Shown: positions 19,415 to 31,107, counted from the stretch's first letter. The stretch: DNA of 64,000 nt from an uncultured delta proteobacterium (GCA_963727485.1 CAVSGM010000011.1:640001-704000), one strand, 5' to 3'. Made by a program: numbers and translations. The notes: a model not told the origin generated them from the letters alone.

Positions 19415-20113
19415 GTGACCGGGGCGCGGACCGCTGGCGACGCCGGCGCGGCGCCCTGGGGCAGGCAGACCGGCCTCGCGGCTCCTGGCACGGGGCTTGG
19501 AACGGTGCCCGGCGTGTCCGCGCCGCCCCCAGCCGTGGTCCCCGGGTTCCGGGCCCGGGTCCCCCGCCCGGTCGTCTCCGCCCGGGCCGAGGCCGCCGCC
19601 CTCCTCGATCGGGCCCGGGCCGAGGCCGAGGCCGTCCGCGCCGCCGCCCTCGACCGGGTCTCCGTCGCCGTCGCCTCCGCCCGGGCCGAGGCCCGCGCCG
19701 AGGCCGACGCCGCCCTCGCCTCCGAGGTCGCCGAGGCCTGCCGGGGCCTCGCCCGGTGGCGTGCCGCCTTCGAGGCGGCGGCGGTGGAGGCGGCCCTGGC
19801 GGTCGCCGGGCAGGTGTGGCGTGGGGCCGCGGTGGATTGGGGCGCCGCCGCCGCGTCCGCCGCCGAGGCCCTCGCCGAAGGCCTCGCCCCCGGGGCGCTC
19901 CTGGCGGTGCGCTGCCACCCGGGAGACCTGGCGGCGGTGGCGGCCACCGGCCTGCCGGCCCGGGCCGACGCGGCCCTCGCCCCCGGGGACTGCGTGGTCG
20001 AGGTCCCCGGCGGCGTCCTCGACGGCCGGGCGGCGGTGCGGGCGCGCCTCGCGGTGGAGGCCCTCGCCGCCGCCCTCGGCCGCGGCGCCCCGGACGGGGG
20101 CGACGGCCGGTGA
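19415..20113 (+). CDS. FliH/SctL-like ATPase stator protein (start uncertain)
   Basis: AxxxA helical repeats followed by VRCHPGDL...DAALAPGDCVVEVPGGVLDGR, typical of the FliH/SctL C-terminus; directly upstream of the ATPase. Confidence 0.7.
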   Translation: MTGARTAGDAGAAPWGRQTGLAAPGTGLGTVPGVSAPPPAVVPGFRARVPRPVVSARAEAAALLDRARAEAEAVRAAALDRVSVAVASARAEARAEADAALASEVAEACRGLARWRAAFEAAAVEAALAVAGQVWRGAAVDWGAAAASAAEALAEGLAPGALLAVRCHPGDLAAVAATGLPARADAALAPGDCVVEVPGGVLDGRAAVRARLAVEALAAALGRGAPDGGDGR

Positions 20114-21471
20114 CCTGCCCCCTCCTCGGCCTCCAGTCGGCGGCCGCGGCCGTGGCCCGGGCGCCCCGGTGGCGCGGCCGGGGGGCCGTGCGGGCGGTGG
20201 CCGGCCCGGTGGTCGAGGCCACCCTCCCCGGCGCCCGGGTCGGCGACGGCTGCCGCCTCCTCGCCCCCGACGGCGTCCGGCACGGAGAGGTCGTGGGCTT
20301 CGCCGACGGCGCCGCCCGGCTCCTGATCCTCGAGGGCACCGGCGGCCTGGGGCCCGGGGTCCCGGTGGTCGCCGCCCCGAAGGTGACCCTGGCCGTGGGC
20401 GAGGCGCTCCTGGGCCGGGTGGTCGACGCCACCGGCCGGCCCGTGGACGGCGGGGCGCCGGTGCCCCCGACGTCCCTCGCCCGGGTGCCCCTCGCCCGGG
20501 CCGCCCCCGAGGCCCTGACCCGCCCCCGGATCACCCGGCCCCTGGCCACCGGGGTCAAGGTCCTCGACGGCCTCCTCACCCTCGGGGTGGGGCAGCGGGT
20601 GGGGCTCTTCGCGGGCCCGGGGGTGGGCAAGTCCACCCTCCTCGGGGACGTGGCCGCCGGCGCCGACGCCGACGTGGTGGTGGTGGCCCTCGTCGGCGAG
20701 CGGGGCCGGGAGGTCCGGGAGATCCTCGAGGGGCCGCTGGCCGCGGCGCGGCCCCGGTCGGTGGTGGTGGTCGCCACCGGAGACGCCCCGGCGCTCCTCC
20801 GGGCCCGGGCGCCCCTGGCCGCCACCGCCGTCGCCGAGCACTTCCGGGACCAGGGCGCCCGGGTGCTCCTCCTGGTCGACTCCCTCACCCGCTACGCCCG
20901 GGCCCTCCGGGAGGTGGGCCTCGCCGCCGGCGAGGTGCCCGTCCGCGGGGGCTTCCCGCCCTCGGTCTTCGCCGCCCTCCCGCGGCTGGTGGAGCGGGCG
21001 GGCGCCGCGGCCACCGGGGCCATCACCGCCGTCTACACGGTGCTCCAGGAGGACGAGGCGGGCACCGACCCGGTCGCCGACGAGGTCCGGGGCCTCCTCG
21101 ACGGCCACGTGGTCCTCGCCCGGCGCCTCGCCGAGCGGGGCCAGTGGCCGGCGGTGGACGTCCCGGCGAGCCTGAGCCGGGTCGCCGGCCAGGTCACCGG
21201 CCCGGGCCACGCCGCCGCGGCCGCCCGGGTGAGGGCCCTGGTCGCCGCCTACGAGGCCCGCCGGGAGCTGGTGGTCCTCGGGGCCTACGAGCGAGGCGGC
21301 GATCCGGAGGCCGACGCGGCGGTGGACGCCTGGCCCCGGATCGCCGGCTTCCTCGCCCAGGCCCCGGGGGCGAAGGTGGCCTTCGAGGACACCCGCGCCG
21401 CCCTCGCGGGTCTCGCGGGTCTCGAGCGCGCCGCCCCCCTCGCCGGGCCCGGGGAGCCCGCCGAAAGGTGA
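20110..21471 (+). CDS. sctN: FliI/YscN (SctN) family type III export ATPase
   Basis: GEALLGRVVD, GQRVGLFAGPGVGKST, LVGERGREV, LLVDSLTRYA, DPVADEVRGLLDGH, WPAVDVPASLSR. Confidence 0.92.
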   Translation: MTCPLLGLQSAAAAVARAPRWRGRGAVRAVAGPVVEATLPGARVGDGCRLLAPDGVRHGEVVGFADGAARLLILEGTGGLGPGVPVVAAPKVTLAVGEALLGRVVDATGRPVDGGAPVPPTSLARVPLARAAPEALTRPRITRPLATGVKVLDGLLTLGVGQRVGLFAGPGVGKSTLLGDVAAGADADVVVVALVGERGREVREILEGPLAAARPRSVVVVATGDAPALLRARAPLAATAVAEHFRDQGARVLLLVDSLTRYARALREVGLAAGEVPVRGGFPPSVFAALPRLVERAGAAATGAITAVYTVLQEDEAGTDPVADEVRGLLDGHVVLARRLAERGQWPAVDVPASLSRVAGQVTGPGHAAAAARVRALVAAYEARRELVVLGAYERGGDPEADAAVDAWPRIAGFLAQAPGAKVAFEDTRAALAGLAGLERAAPLAGPGEPAER

Positions 21472-21854
21472 ACCGGTCCCTCCGCCAGCGCCTCGACCAG
21501 GTCCTGGACCGCCGGGTGGCCGGGGCCGCCGAAGGCCTCGCCGGGGCCCGGGTCCACCGGGACGCCACCCGCGCCGCCGCCGCCGAGGCCACCGCCCGGG
21601 TGGGGACCGAGGCCCGGGCCCGGATCCAGGCCCTGCGCCTGCCGCCCCCCGGGCCGGTGACCTCCCGGGGCGAGGCCGTCGCCCGGGGCCGCGCCCGGAT
21701 CCGGGCCCTCGACGCCGCCGCCGCCGACGCCGGAGACGCCGCCGCCGCCGCGGACGCCGCCTGCGCCGAGGCCCGCCGGGGCCTCCTCCGGGCGCTGGTG
21801 CGCCGCCGGGCCCTGGGCCGGATCCTGGGCGGGGTTGCCCGGGGCGCGCCCTAA
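21468..21854 (+). CDS. FliJ/SctO-like coiled-coil stalk protein (positional call)
   Basis: About 128-aa Ala/Arg-rich helical ORF coupled (GTGA) to the ATPase, the usual position of fliJ/sctO. Confidence 0.5.
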   Translation: MNRSLRQRLDQVLDRRVAGAAEGLAGARVHRDATRAAAAEATARVGTEARARIQALRLPPPGPVTSRGEAVARGRARIRALDAAAADAGDAAAAADAACAEARRGLLRALVRRRALGRILGGVARGAP

Positions 21855-21870
21855 GGGGGATCCTCGACCC

Positions 21871-23271
21871 ATGCGCGCGTGCTCCCTCGCCCTGGCCCTG
21901 GCCGCCGTCACCGCGGCCGCCGGCTGCGGGCCCAGGGTGCGGGCCGCCGACCCGCCCCCGCCGGCGCCCCCGGCCAGCGCCCCGACCCTGGGATCCATGG
22001 CCTGCGTCGACGACAGCCGCTTCTCCCTCGCGGGCACCGGCACCAGCGCCGAGGCCCGGACCCGGGCCTGGCACCTCCAGCAGTGGCAGGCCCTGGGCAT
22101 CGCCCACGTGCGCCACGACCTGCGCTGGGATCGCCTCGAGCCCACGAAGGGCACCTGGCACTGGGACCGCTTCGACCCGGGCCTCGCCGACGTCGTCGCC
22201 TCCGGGGTCGACCTCATCGGGATCCTCGACTACGGCGTCCCCTGGGCCAGCAGCCAGACCGCCACCGACCCCTTCTACCCCCCGGACGATCCCGCGGACT
22301 TCGCCACCTTCGCCGGGGCGGTCGCCGCCCGGTACGCCGGCAAGATCCACACCTACGAGATCTGGAACGAGGAGAACTCGGGGTTCCGTTTCTGGAAGCC
22401 GAGGACCGATCCGGCGGCCTACGCCGCGCTCCTCCACCAGGCCGCCGGGGCGGTCCACCGCGCCGACCCCGCCGCCCAGGTGGTCTACGGGGGCCTCTTC
22501 TACGTGCCCCAGGTGATCGAGGGGGCGGTGCCGTTCCTCCAGGAGAGCTTCGCCGCCCGCCCGGACCTGGCCCAGGACTTCGACGCCTTCGGCTTCCACC
22601 CCTACCCGCCGTACCCGCCGTCGGTCCCCCCGGAGTCCGACGAGGGGCAGGCGACCCCGGTGGACCAGATGGTCGGGGACCTCCGGGCGGTCCTCGCCGA
22701 CCACGGCGCGAAGGACACGCCGATGCTCGCCACCGAGACCGGCTGGCCCAGCTACGGCGGCGTCACCGAGGCGGACCAGGCGGCGTGGCTGGTGCGCGAC
22801 ACCCTCTGGCTCGCCGCCGAGCACGTGCCGCTGGCCTGCTGGTTCACCCTGGTCGACGGGCCCCGGACCGGGCAGTTCCCCCCGGAGGACGACTTCGGGC
22901 TCATCACCTGGGACGTGCAGGCGAACGCCCCCGGGCACCGGAAGCCCGCCTGGGACGCCCTCGAGACCCTGACCCACCAGCTCGGGGACCTCGCCGTCAG
23001 CGAGCGCCTCGATGGCCGCCTGAACCTCGGCGCCGGCCGCTACGGCTTCCGCCTGGTGAGCCGCGACCGGACCCACTGGGCCGACGCCCTCTGGGCCTAC
23101 GATCAGGCCTTCGACGCCACCGTCACCGTCCCCGAGCCGCACGGGTACACCCTCCAGGTCATCGACGCGGTGGGGAAGTCCGTCCCCTTCACCCGGGTGG
23201 GCGATGCGGTGAAGGTGGCCATCTCGCCGATGCCGGTCTACATCCTGGCGAGCCCGCGCCACACCCTCTGA
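21871..23271 (+). CDS. Clan GH-A glycoside hydrolase lipoprotein (GH39/GH5-like)
   Basis: Lipobox [19 protein letters not shown] (acid/base), FHPY, ATETGW (nucleophile). Confidence 0.85.
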   Translation: MRACSLALALAAVTAAAGCGPRVRAADPPPPAPPASAPTLGSMACVDDSRFSLAGTGTSAEARTRAWHLQQWQALGIAHVRHDLRWDRLEPTKGTWHWDRFDPGLADVVASGVDLIGILDYGVPWASSQTATDPFYPPDDPADFATFAGAVAARYAGKIHTYEIWNEENSGFRFWKPRTDPAAYAALLHQAAGAVHRADPAAQVVYGGLFYVPQVIEGAVPFLQESFAARPDLAQDFDAFGFHPYPPYPPSVPPESDEGQATPVDQMVGDLRAVLADHGAKDTPMLATETGWPSYGGVTEADQAAWLVRDTLWLAAEHVPLACWFTLVDGPRTGQFPPEDDFGLITWDVQANAPGHRKPAWDALETLTHQLGDLAVSERLDGRLNLGAGRYGFRLVSRDRTHWADALWAYDQAFDATVTVPEPHGYTLQVIDAVGKSVPFTRVGDAVKVAISPMPVYILASPRHTL

Positions 23272-23302
23272 CCCCCGCACCCCCCGCCCGGGAAGGCCCC
23301 CG

Positions 23303-24354
<1,052 letters not shown>

Positions 24355-24358
<4 letters not shown>

Positions 24359-25530
24359 GCCGGCGGCACCAGGCGGATCACCCCGGCGTCGAGGAACTTG
24401 CGCACCAGCATCAGCGCCTCGATCTCCTTGATGGGGCTCACCCGGATCACCTGGCTGATGGGCTTCTTCCCGTCGAAGCGCTTGAGCAGGTAGCGCTCGG
24501 CCGGGGAGAAACGCATCCGCGAGAGCTCGTCGGGGCCGGCGATGACCCGGGGGGCCAGCGGCTGGGCGAGGAGCTGCGCCCGGAGGTCGGCGAGGAGCCC
24601 GGTCTCCGCCTCCTTGAGGAGCGAGTGGGCCGAGGTGTTCTCCGGGGAGAGCTCGGTGGCCCGGGCGGCGACGAGCTTGGCCTCGGCGTACTTGCCGTCC
24701 CGGAGGAAGCCCCGGGCGCACTCGACGATCTCGCCCACCGAGGCCTCCTCGCCGAGGACCTCCGGGACCGCGTCGTAGTCGACCACCTCCACCTCGAGCT
24801 CGTCGACCTCGGTGCCCTGGGCCACCGGCTCGAGGATGCCCTTGCGGTTGAGGGCGAAGAGGCGCTGGTAGAGGGCGAAGGGGGTCGCGTGGAGGGTCAG
24901 GGCGATCTCGTCGATGCTCTGGCCCTCGAGGGCGAGGTCGATGATCCGGGCGTCGAGGGGGTGCTCGGGCTCGGCGGGCATCCGGTCGGCGTGGACGTGG
25001 AGCCCGAGGTCGCCCGAGGGGAAGATCGAGCGGATGGACTGCCAGGCGGTGCGCCGGAACTCGGCCTCGTTCTGCACCGCGGTCAGCTCCACCGCCGCCT
25101 GCACCGCCGTGCTGTCCTCGGGGACGAGCTCCTCGGCGAAGGCGAAGCGGCCGTGGTTCCAGTCGAGGACCGCCAGGAGCGACTCGCGGATCTTCACCTC
25201 GAGGGCCTGGCGGATCACCGGCTCGTCGACCAGGCCGATCATGACCAGGATCCGCCCGAGGAAGATGCCGGTCTCCTTCTGGGTTTCGAAGGCCTGGGTG
25301 AGCTGCTCCTCGTTGATGTGTCCGTAGTTGATGAGGAACTGACCGAGGTACTCCCGTGGATCGGTGCTCGACGCCTGGACCACCTTCCCGTTGCGGAGGA
25401 CGAAGGACTTCTCCGCGGTCCCCTGCTCGCACTGGAGGTGCCCCGAGAGGCTCCGCCCGGCAAGGTACCGGCAGAGGTCCGCCATCGGCATCGTCTTCAG
25501 CGAACCCTGGAGGCCGTCCATTGCCCCCAT
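24355..25530 (-). CDS. DUF4388 (PatA-N) domain protein with TPR-like C-terminal part
   Basis: [13 protein letters not shown]...SGHL...GKVVQAS...LGQFLI...[10 protein letters not shown] pattern. Confidence 0.82.
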
Positions 25531-25585
25531 TCTCCGACACTCCACCCGAGCGGGCAAACCCGGCCGGTGCTAGGGTGCGTCCACC

Positions 25586-26176
25586 ATGAGCGAGACCACG
25601 CAGCCTGCCGTCCTCGCCCCCGCCGCCCCCCGGTGGCTCCGCATGGTCTTCGCCGGGGTGGTGGTGGCCGCCCTCGGCGGCCCCCTGGTGGGCGAGGCGA
25701 TCCAGTGGCTCCAGCCGCCACCGGCGCCCATCCCCAAGGCCCTCGACGGCCAGACCCTCGATCGGCCCGCCAAGCCCTTCACCCTGAAGGCCCTCTCGGG
25801 CCAGCCGGTGAGCCTCGCCGACTACCGGGGGAAGACCGTGTTCCTCAACTTCTGGGCGAGCTGGTGCCAGCCCTGTCGCGAGGAGCTGCCCTCCATCGTG
25901 GCCCTGAACAAGGCCATGAAGGGGCGGCCCTTCGTCATCCTCGCGGTGAGCGAGGACGACTCGGCGGGCGACGTCCGGAAGTTCTTCGGGGGCATGACCC
26001 CGGACTTCCCCATCGTCATGGACGACGGCCAGAAGGTCACCCGCGAGTACGGGACCTTCAAGTTCCCCGAGACCTACGTCATCGACGGCCACGGGCGGAT
26101 CCGGGCGAAGTTCATCGGGGGCCGGAAGTGGGACGCCCCCGAGTCGCTCGCCTGGTTCCAGGACCTCAGCAGCTAG
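25586..26176 (+). CDS. TlpA/ResA family thiol-disulfide oxidoreductase
   Basis: N-terminal TM segment; LNFWASWCQPCREELP; FPETYVID. Confidence 0.92.
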   Translation: MSETTQPAVLAPAAPRWLRMVFAGVVVAALGGPLVGEAIQWLQPPPAPIPKALDGQTLDRPAKPFTLKALSGQPVSLADYRGKTVFLNFWASWCQPCREELPSIVALNKAMKGRPFVILAVSEDDSAGDVRKFFGGMTPDFPIVMDDGQKVTREYGTFKFPETYVIDGHGRIRAKFIGGRKWDAPESLAWFQDLSS

Positions 26177-26237
26177 GGCCGGGTGCCGCCGGGGCGCGGC
26201 GTTTGCCGCCCTCGACGCCGGCTCTATGCTGGGCGGG

Positions 26238-28724
26238 ATGCAGCCCAAAGCGAAGACCCCCGAGGAGCCCCTGGTCCTAAGCGTCGAGGGGATGACCTGC
26301 CAGAACTGCGTGCGCCACGTCACCGAGGCCCTGGAGTCGGTGGCCGGGGTCGAGGACGCCGAGGTCAGCCTCGAGGCCGGCGAGGCCGTGATCCGGCACC
26401 ACGGGGCCTCGGTGCCGGCGATGATCGACGCGGTGGTCGAGGCCGGGTACGAGGCCCGGCGCCAAGGGGAGACCCCGGAACCGGTGCGCGAGCCCGACCC
26501 GGAGGCCGGGGCCGCTCCGGAGGAGAAGCCGGCGGCGCCCGGCGGCTTCCCCACCGCCACCGGCGACCTGGTCACCCTCGACGTCCAGGGGATGACCTGC
26601 GCCAGCTGCGTGCGCACCGTGGAGAAGGCCCTCGCCAAGGTCCCGGGCCTCGAGGGCGCGGCGGTGAACTTCGCCACCGAGCAGGCCACCTTCCACATCG
26701 CCGACCCGGCCCTCCTGGCCCAGGCGCTGGCCGCGGTGTCCTCGGCGGGCTACCGCGCCGAGCCCGCCGACGGCGGCGCGAGCACCCCCGCCCGCCGGGC
26801 CGGCGCCGCCCGGGCCCAGGTGATCCGCTTCGGGGTCGCCGCCGTCCTCACGGTCCCGGTGATGATCCTGGCCATGGCCCACCTCCCCATCCCCGGGGCG
26901 GCGTGGATCGAGCTGGCGCTGGCCACCGCCGTGGTCTTCGGCGCCGGGGGCAACTTCTTCGTCGCCGCCGGCAAGGCCCTGCGCCACGGCAACGCCAACA
27001 TGGACACCCTCATCGCCATGGGCTCGGGCACCGCCTGGACCTTCTCGGCGGTGGTCCTCCTCGCGGGCCACGGCGGCGACCTCTACTTCGACAGCGCCGC
27101 GATGATCGTCACCCTCATCCTCCTGGGGAAGATGCTCGAGGCCCGTGCCAAGGACCGGGCCCGGGACGCCCTGGGGCGCCTGGCCCGCCTGCGCCCGGCC
27201 ACCGCCCGGGTCATCCGGGACGGCGCCGAGGTCGAGGTGAGCGTGGACGCCGTCGACCCCGGCGAGGTGATGGCCGTCCGCCCCGGGGAGCGCATCCCCC
27301 TCGACGGCGACATCCTCGAGGGCGAGACGGCGGTCGACGAGTCCCTGCTCACCGGCGAGTCCATGCCCGTCTCCCGCACGGTGGGCGAGCCGGTCGTCGG
27401 CGGCGCCCTGAACACCACCGGCGCGGTGCGGGTGAAGGTCACCGCCGTGGGCGAGGGGACGGTGCTGGCCCGGATGGCGCGCCTGGTCGAGGAGGCCCAG
27501 TCGGCCCGCCCGCCGATCCAGCGCCTCGCCGACCGGGTGAGCGCGGTCTTCGTCCCGGTGATCATCGGCATCGGGGTCCTCACCTTCGCCGGGTGGATGA
27601 TCCTCGGCGGGGCCTCGGTGGCCCTGGCCCTCATCCCCGCGGTGGCGGTGCTGGTCATCGCCTGCCCCTGCGCCCTGGGGCTCGCCACCCCCACCGCGGT
27701 GATGGTGGGCACCGCCCGGGCGGCGGAGCTCGGGGTCCTGGTCCGGGACGCCGCCGCCCTGGAGCGGGGCGCCCGGATCACCGACGTGGTCCTCGACAAG
27801 ACCGGCACCCTCACCGAGGGCAAGCCGGCGTTGGTCGAGGTGGTGGGCCTCGCCGGCACCGATCGCGACGCGGTGCTGCGCCTCGCCGCCGCCGCCGAGG
27901 CCGACAGCGAGCACCCCCTGGCCCGGGCGGTCCGTGACGCCGCCGCCGCCGAGGGCGTCGAGGTCACCCGGGCCGAGCGCCTGGAGGCGGTCACCGGCCG
28001 GGGCCTGGTGGCGGTGGTCGGCGGGCGCCGGGTCGTCGTGGGCGCCGGCCGCCTCCTCGATCAGGAGGGGCTCACCCCCGACGCCGCCGCCCGGGCGCGG
28101 GCCGAGGCCCTCCAGGCGGCCGGCCGCACCGTGGCCTACGTCGCCGACGCGGGCACTCTGGTGGGCCTCCTGGCCTTCGCCGACCGGGTCCGCCCCGACG
28201 CCGCCGAGGGCGTCGCCCGCCTCAAGGCCCTGGGCATCCGGCCCCACCTCGCCACCGGCGACAACCCCCGGGCCGCCGCCGCGGTGGCCGCCGAGGTGGG
28301 CATCCCCGAGGCCCAGGTCCACGCCGGGCTCCTCCCCGAGGACAAGGTCGCCCTGGTCACCCGCCTCACCGGCGAGGGCGCCAAGGTGGCGGTGGTCGGC
28401 GACGGGGTCAACGACGCCCCGGCCCTGGGCGTCGCCGAGGTGGGCATCGCCATCGGCACCGGCACCGACGTGGCCCTGGAGACCGCGCCCATCACCCTGG
28501 CTCGGGGCGGCATCCCCGAGGTCGCCCGGGTCTTCGAGCTCTCCCGCAAGACCTTCCGGATCATCGCCCAGAACCTCGGGTGGGCGTTCGGCTACAACGT
28601 CATCGCCGTGCCCGTGGCGGCGGCGGGCCTGCTCAACCCGATGATCGCCGCCGGCGCCATGGCCGTGTCCAGCGTCTCGGTGGTGATGAACAGCCTGCGC
28701 CTGCGCCGGGTGCGGATCGACTGA
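26238..28724 (+). CDS. copA: Copper-translocating P1B-type ATPase with two HMA domains
   Basis: GMTCQNC and GMTCASC; TGES, ACPCALGLATP, DKTGT, SEHPL, GDGVND, YN, MAVSS. Confidence 0.95.
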   Translation: MQPKAKTPEEPLVLSVEGMTCQNCVRHVTEALESVAGVEDAEVSLEAGEAVIRHHGASVPAMIDAVVEAGYEARRQGETPEPVREPDPEAGAAPEEKPAAPGGFPTATGDLVTLDVQGMTCASCVRTVEKALAKVPGLEGAAVNFATEQATFHIADPALLAQALAAVSSAGYRAEPADGGASTPARRAGAARAQVIRFGVAAVLTVPVMILAMAHLPIPGAAWIELALATAVVFGAGGNFFVAAGKALRHGNANMDTLIAMGSGTAWTFSAVVLLAGHGGDLYFDSAAMIVTLILLGKMLEARAKDRARDALGRLARLRPATARVIRDGAEVEVSVDAVDPGEVMAVRPGERIPLDGDILEGETAVDESLLTGESMPVSRTVGEPVVGGALNTTGAVRVKVTAVGEGTVLARMARLVEEAQSARPPIQRLADRVSAVFVPVIIGIGVLTFAGWMILGGASVALALIPAVAVLVIACPCALGLATPTAVMVGTARAAELGVLVRDAAALERGARITDVVLDKTGTLTEGKPALVEVVGLAGTDRDAVLRLAAAAEADSEHPLARAVRDAAAAEGVEVTRAERLEAVTGRGLVAVVGGRRVVVGAGRLLDQEGLTPDAAARARAEALQAAGRTVAYVADAGTLVGLLAFADRVRPDAAEGVARLKALGIRPHLATGDNPRAAAAVAAEVGIPEAQVHAGLLPEDKVALVTRLTGEGAKVAVVGDGVNDAPALGVAEVGIAIGTGTDVALETAPITLARGGIPEVARVFELSRKTFRIIAQNLGWAFGYNVIAVPVAAAGLLNPMIAAGAMAVSSVSVVMNSLRLRRVRID

Positions 28725-28772
28725 CGCGGCCGGGTGGCCTGCCGCCGCCACGGGCCCGGGGCGGCGCCGGCG

Positions 28773-29537
28773 TCAGCCGTCGTTGAGGCCGACCACGGCG
28801 CCGATGAGGCCCGCGGTCCACGCCGTCAGGTTGAGGAAGATCCCGATGGCCGGCCCCGGCTGGTAGTGGTGGGGGTTGATGGGCGGGGCGTGGAGGCCCA
28901 TGGCGTGGAGGAGGCAGACCCCACCCCAGGCGAGGCCCCCGGCGGCGATCGCCGCCTGGATCAGCCCGAAGAGCCGGGCGTCGCGGGGCTGCCTCGCCAG
29001 GCGGTACCAGGCGACCCCGAGGGCGGCCGCCGCGAGGACCAGCGAGAGGATCCCCAGGCCGCTGACCCCGGCGACGTCGTCGGTGATCCCCGCGGGGGTG
29101 ACGATGGTCTCGAAGGGGAAGACGGTGGACAGGAGCGCCACCGCGGCGCCCCCGATGCCCACCTTCGCCGGCGCCGAGAGGCCGAGGAAGTTCTGCCAGA
29201 CGTCGGTGGCGAGCTGGCTGTAGTCGTCCATGAGCTGGGACGAGGCGTCGAAGTGCCGCGACTCGGCCGCCGGGGCGTTGACCTGGGTGCCGCCGGCGCC
29301 CGGGCGGGGCGGTGCCGGGCGGGCCCGGGGCTGGGGGGCCCTTGCCGCGGCGGCGGGGGCCTTGGCGCCGGGATCGGTGTCGTCGTCGTCGAGGGCCGGG
29401 GCGGCGGCACCGGGATCGGTGTCCTCGTCGGTGGCGCCCCCGAGGTCGTCGAGGAACGAGGCGTCGATGATGTGATCGCACTTCGGGCAGATGGCGGCGT
29501 CGTCATCCACCGTCGCGGCGCAGGCTGGGCATCGCAT
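28773..29537 (-). CDS. Zinc-ribbon membrane protein
   Basis: MRCPAC...CPKC N-terminus, acidic/Pro linker with two DTDPG repeats, four TM segments. Confidence 0.75.
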   Translation of the reverse strand: MRCPACAATVDDDAAICPKCDHIIDASFLDDLGGATDEDTDPGAAAPALDDDDTDPGAKAPAAAARAPQPRARPAPPRPGAGGTQVNAPAAESRHFDASSQLMDDYSQLATDVWQNFLGLSAPAKVGIGGAAVALLSTVFPFETIVTPAGITDDVAGVSGLGILSLVLAAAALGVAWYRLARQPRDARLFGLIQAAIAAGGLAWGGVCLLHAMGLHAPPINPHHYQPGPAIGIFLNLTAWTAGLIGAVVGLNDG

Positions 29538-29611
29538 CGCCGCCATTCTAGCCGGGCGGCGATGCGGTCACCAGGGTGCCCGGACAGGGTGCCCAAGGCG
29601 GCCGCGGGGGA

Positions 29612-30061
29612 TCAGGCGAGCTGGTGGTGGCACCACAGGCAGATCTCCCCGGGCTCGCCGGTGGCGTGGGGGAGCACCTTGCCGCAGCTGGGGCAGACCA
29701 CCTGGAACACGTAGCCGCACCAGTCGCAGCGATCGCCGGGGGCACCGGTGACGTTCCGGAGCACCGCCTCGCACCCCGGGCAGGTCACGGCGGCCTGCTG
29801 GACCTCCTCGCCGGGGAGCGGCCGGGCGTGGAGGCCCTGCTTGCGCAACAGGGCGATGGCGGTCTGCCAGCGGGTGACCACCTCGGCGCCGGCGTCGAGC
29901 TCGCCCCGGGCCACCAGGTGGGCCATGAGGTCGCTCACCGTCTTCTCCAGGGTGTTGAAGGCGTCCTCGAGGACCAGGAGCTGGGTCTGGATGTCCGCCT
30001 GCTCGGCGGCGAAGTGGGCGGTGAGGCGGCGGTCCCGCTCTCCCTTGGATCCGAAGGCCAT
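29612..30061 (-). CDS. Coiled-coil plus double zinc-ribbon protein
   Basis: CPGC...CDWC and CPSC...CLWC pairs at the C-terminus. Confidence 0.75.
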   Translation of the reverse strand: MAFGSKGERDRRLTAHFAAEQADIQTQLLVLEDAFNTLEKTVSDLMAHLVARGELDAGAEVVTRWQTAIALLRKQGLHARPLPGEEVQQAAVTCPGCEAVLRNVTGAPGDRCDWCGYVFQVVCPSCGKVLPHATGEPGEICLWCHHQLA

Positions 30062-30141
30062 GGATCGAGGGTTCCACGGGGCGACCGGAGCGGTCAACCG
30101 GCCTTCCCGGGGGCGGGGCCGGCGGGGTAGGGTGCCGGGCC

Positions 30142-31107
30142 ATGGGACGACGGCAGGCGGAGACACAGGCCCCGATCCCGGTGGCCGTGGTGGGGCTCGG
30201 GGAGGTGGGGCGCGCGGTCCTCGCCGCCGCCCGGGCCCGCCCCGAGCTCGAGGTGGTGGGCGCCGCGGATCCGGCGCTGGCCGGCCGGCCCCTGGCGGAG
30301 GTCGGGGCCCCGCGCCTGGACGGCGAGGTGGCCCCGGACCTGGCGAGCCTCCTCGGCCGCCTCGAGGGTGGGGTGGCCCTGGTGTGCACCGGCAGCCACC
30401 TCGAGGAGGTGGCCCCGGTGCTCCTCGCGGCGGCGAAGGCCGGGGTCTCGGTGGTCAGCACCTGCGAGACCCTCGCCTACCCCTGGCTCTCGGACCCGGC
30501 GCTCGCCGACCGCCTCGAGGACGCCTTCCGCCGGGGCGGCGCGACCTGCCTGGGGGTGGGCGTGAACCCGGGCTTCGTCCTCGACCGCCTCCCGGCGACC
30601 CTCGGGGCGGTCATGGGCCCGGTCTCCCACGTCCTCGGCCGGCGGGTGGTCGACCTGGCGACCCGGCGCCCGGCCCTCCAGCGCAAGGCCGGCTGTGGCC
30701 TCGACCCCCAGGCCTTCGACGCCGCGGTGGAGGCCGGCACGGTGGGGCACGTGGGCCTCCCCGAGTCGGTGGGCCTCCTCGGCGAGGGCCTCGACATCGA
30801 CCTCGACGAGGTGGACGAGGAGATCGACCCGGTGGTCGCCGAGGGGCAGGTCGCGGGGATCCACCAGGTGGCCCGGGGCTTCCACGAGGGGCGCGAGGTG
30901 ATCCGCCTGGAGCTGACCCTGGTCCTGGGGGCGGAGGCGCCCATGGACGAGGTGGTCCTGAAGGGCGACCCGCCCCTGCGGCTCACGGTGCCCGGCGGCG
31001 TCCCCGGCGAGGCGGCCACGGCGAACGCGGTGGTCCGCGCCGCCCCCCAGGTCGTCGCCGCCGACCCCGGGTTGCTCACCGTCCTCGACCTCCCGGCGGG
31101 CCGGTGA
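30142..31107 (+). CDS. NAD(P)-dependent amine dehydrogenase (2,4-diaminopentanoate dehydrogenase / DapB-N-like family)
   Basis: VVGLGEVG Rossmann motif; VVSTCETLAYP, GVNPGFVLD, GHVGLPES, GGVPGEAATA. Confidence 0.82.
   Translation: MGRRQAETQAPIPVAVVGLGEVGRAVLAAARARPELEVVGAADPALAGRPLAEVGAPRLDGEVAPDLASLLGRLEGGVALVCTGSHLEEVAPVLLAAAKAGVSVVSTCETLAYPWLSDPALADRLEDAFRRGGATCLGVGVNPGFVLDRLPATLGAVMGPVSHVLGRRVVDLATRRPALQRKAGCGLDPQAFDAAVEAGTVGHVGLPESVGLLGEGLDIDLDEVDEEIDPVVAEGQVAGIHQVARGFHEGREVIRLELTLVLGAEAPMDEVVLKGDPPLRLTVPGGVPGEAATANAVVRAAPQVVAADPGLLTVLDLPAGR

Noticed and set aside
16576..21471. 1631-aa ORF suggesting a giant FliI fusion
   Set aside because: Only the last ~453 codons are FliI/SctN. The rest is the antisense shadow of the MscS and exported-protein genes, open because stops are rare at this GC.
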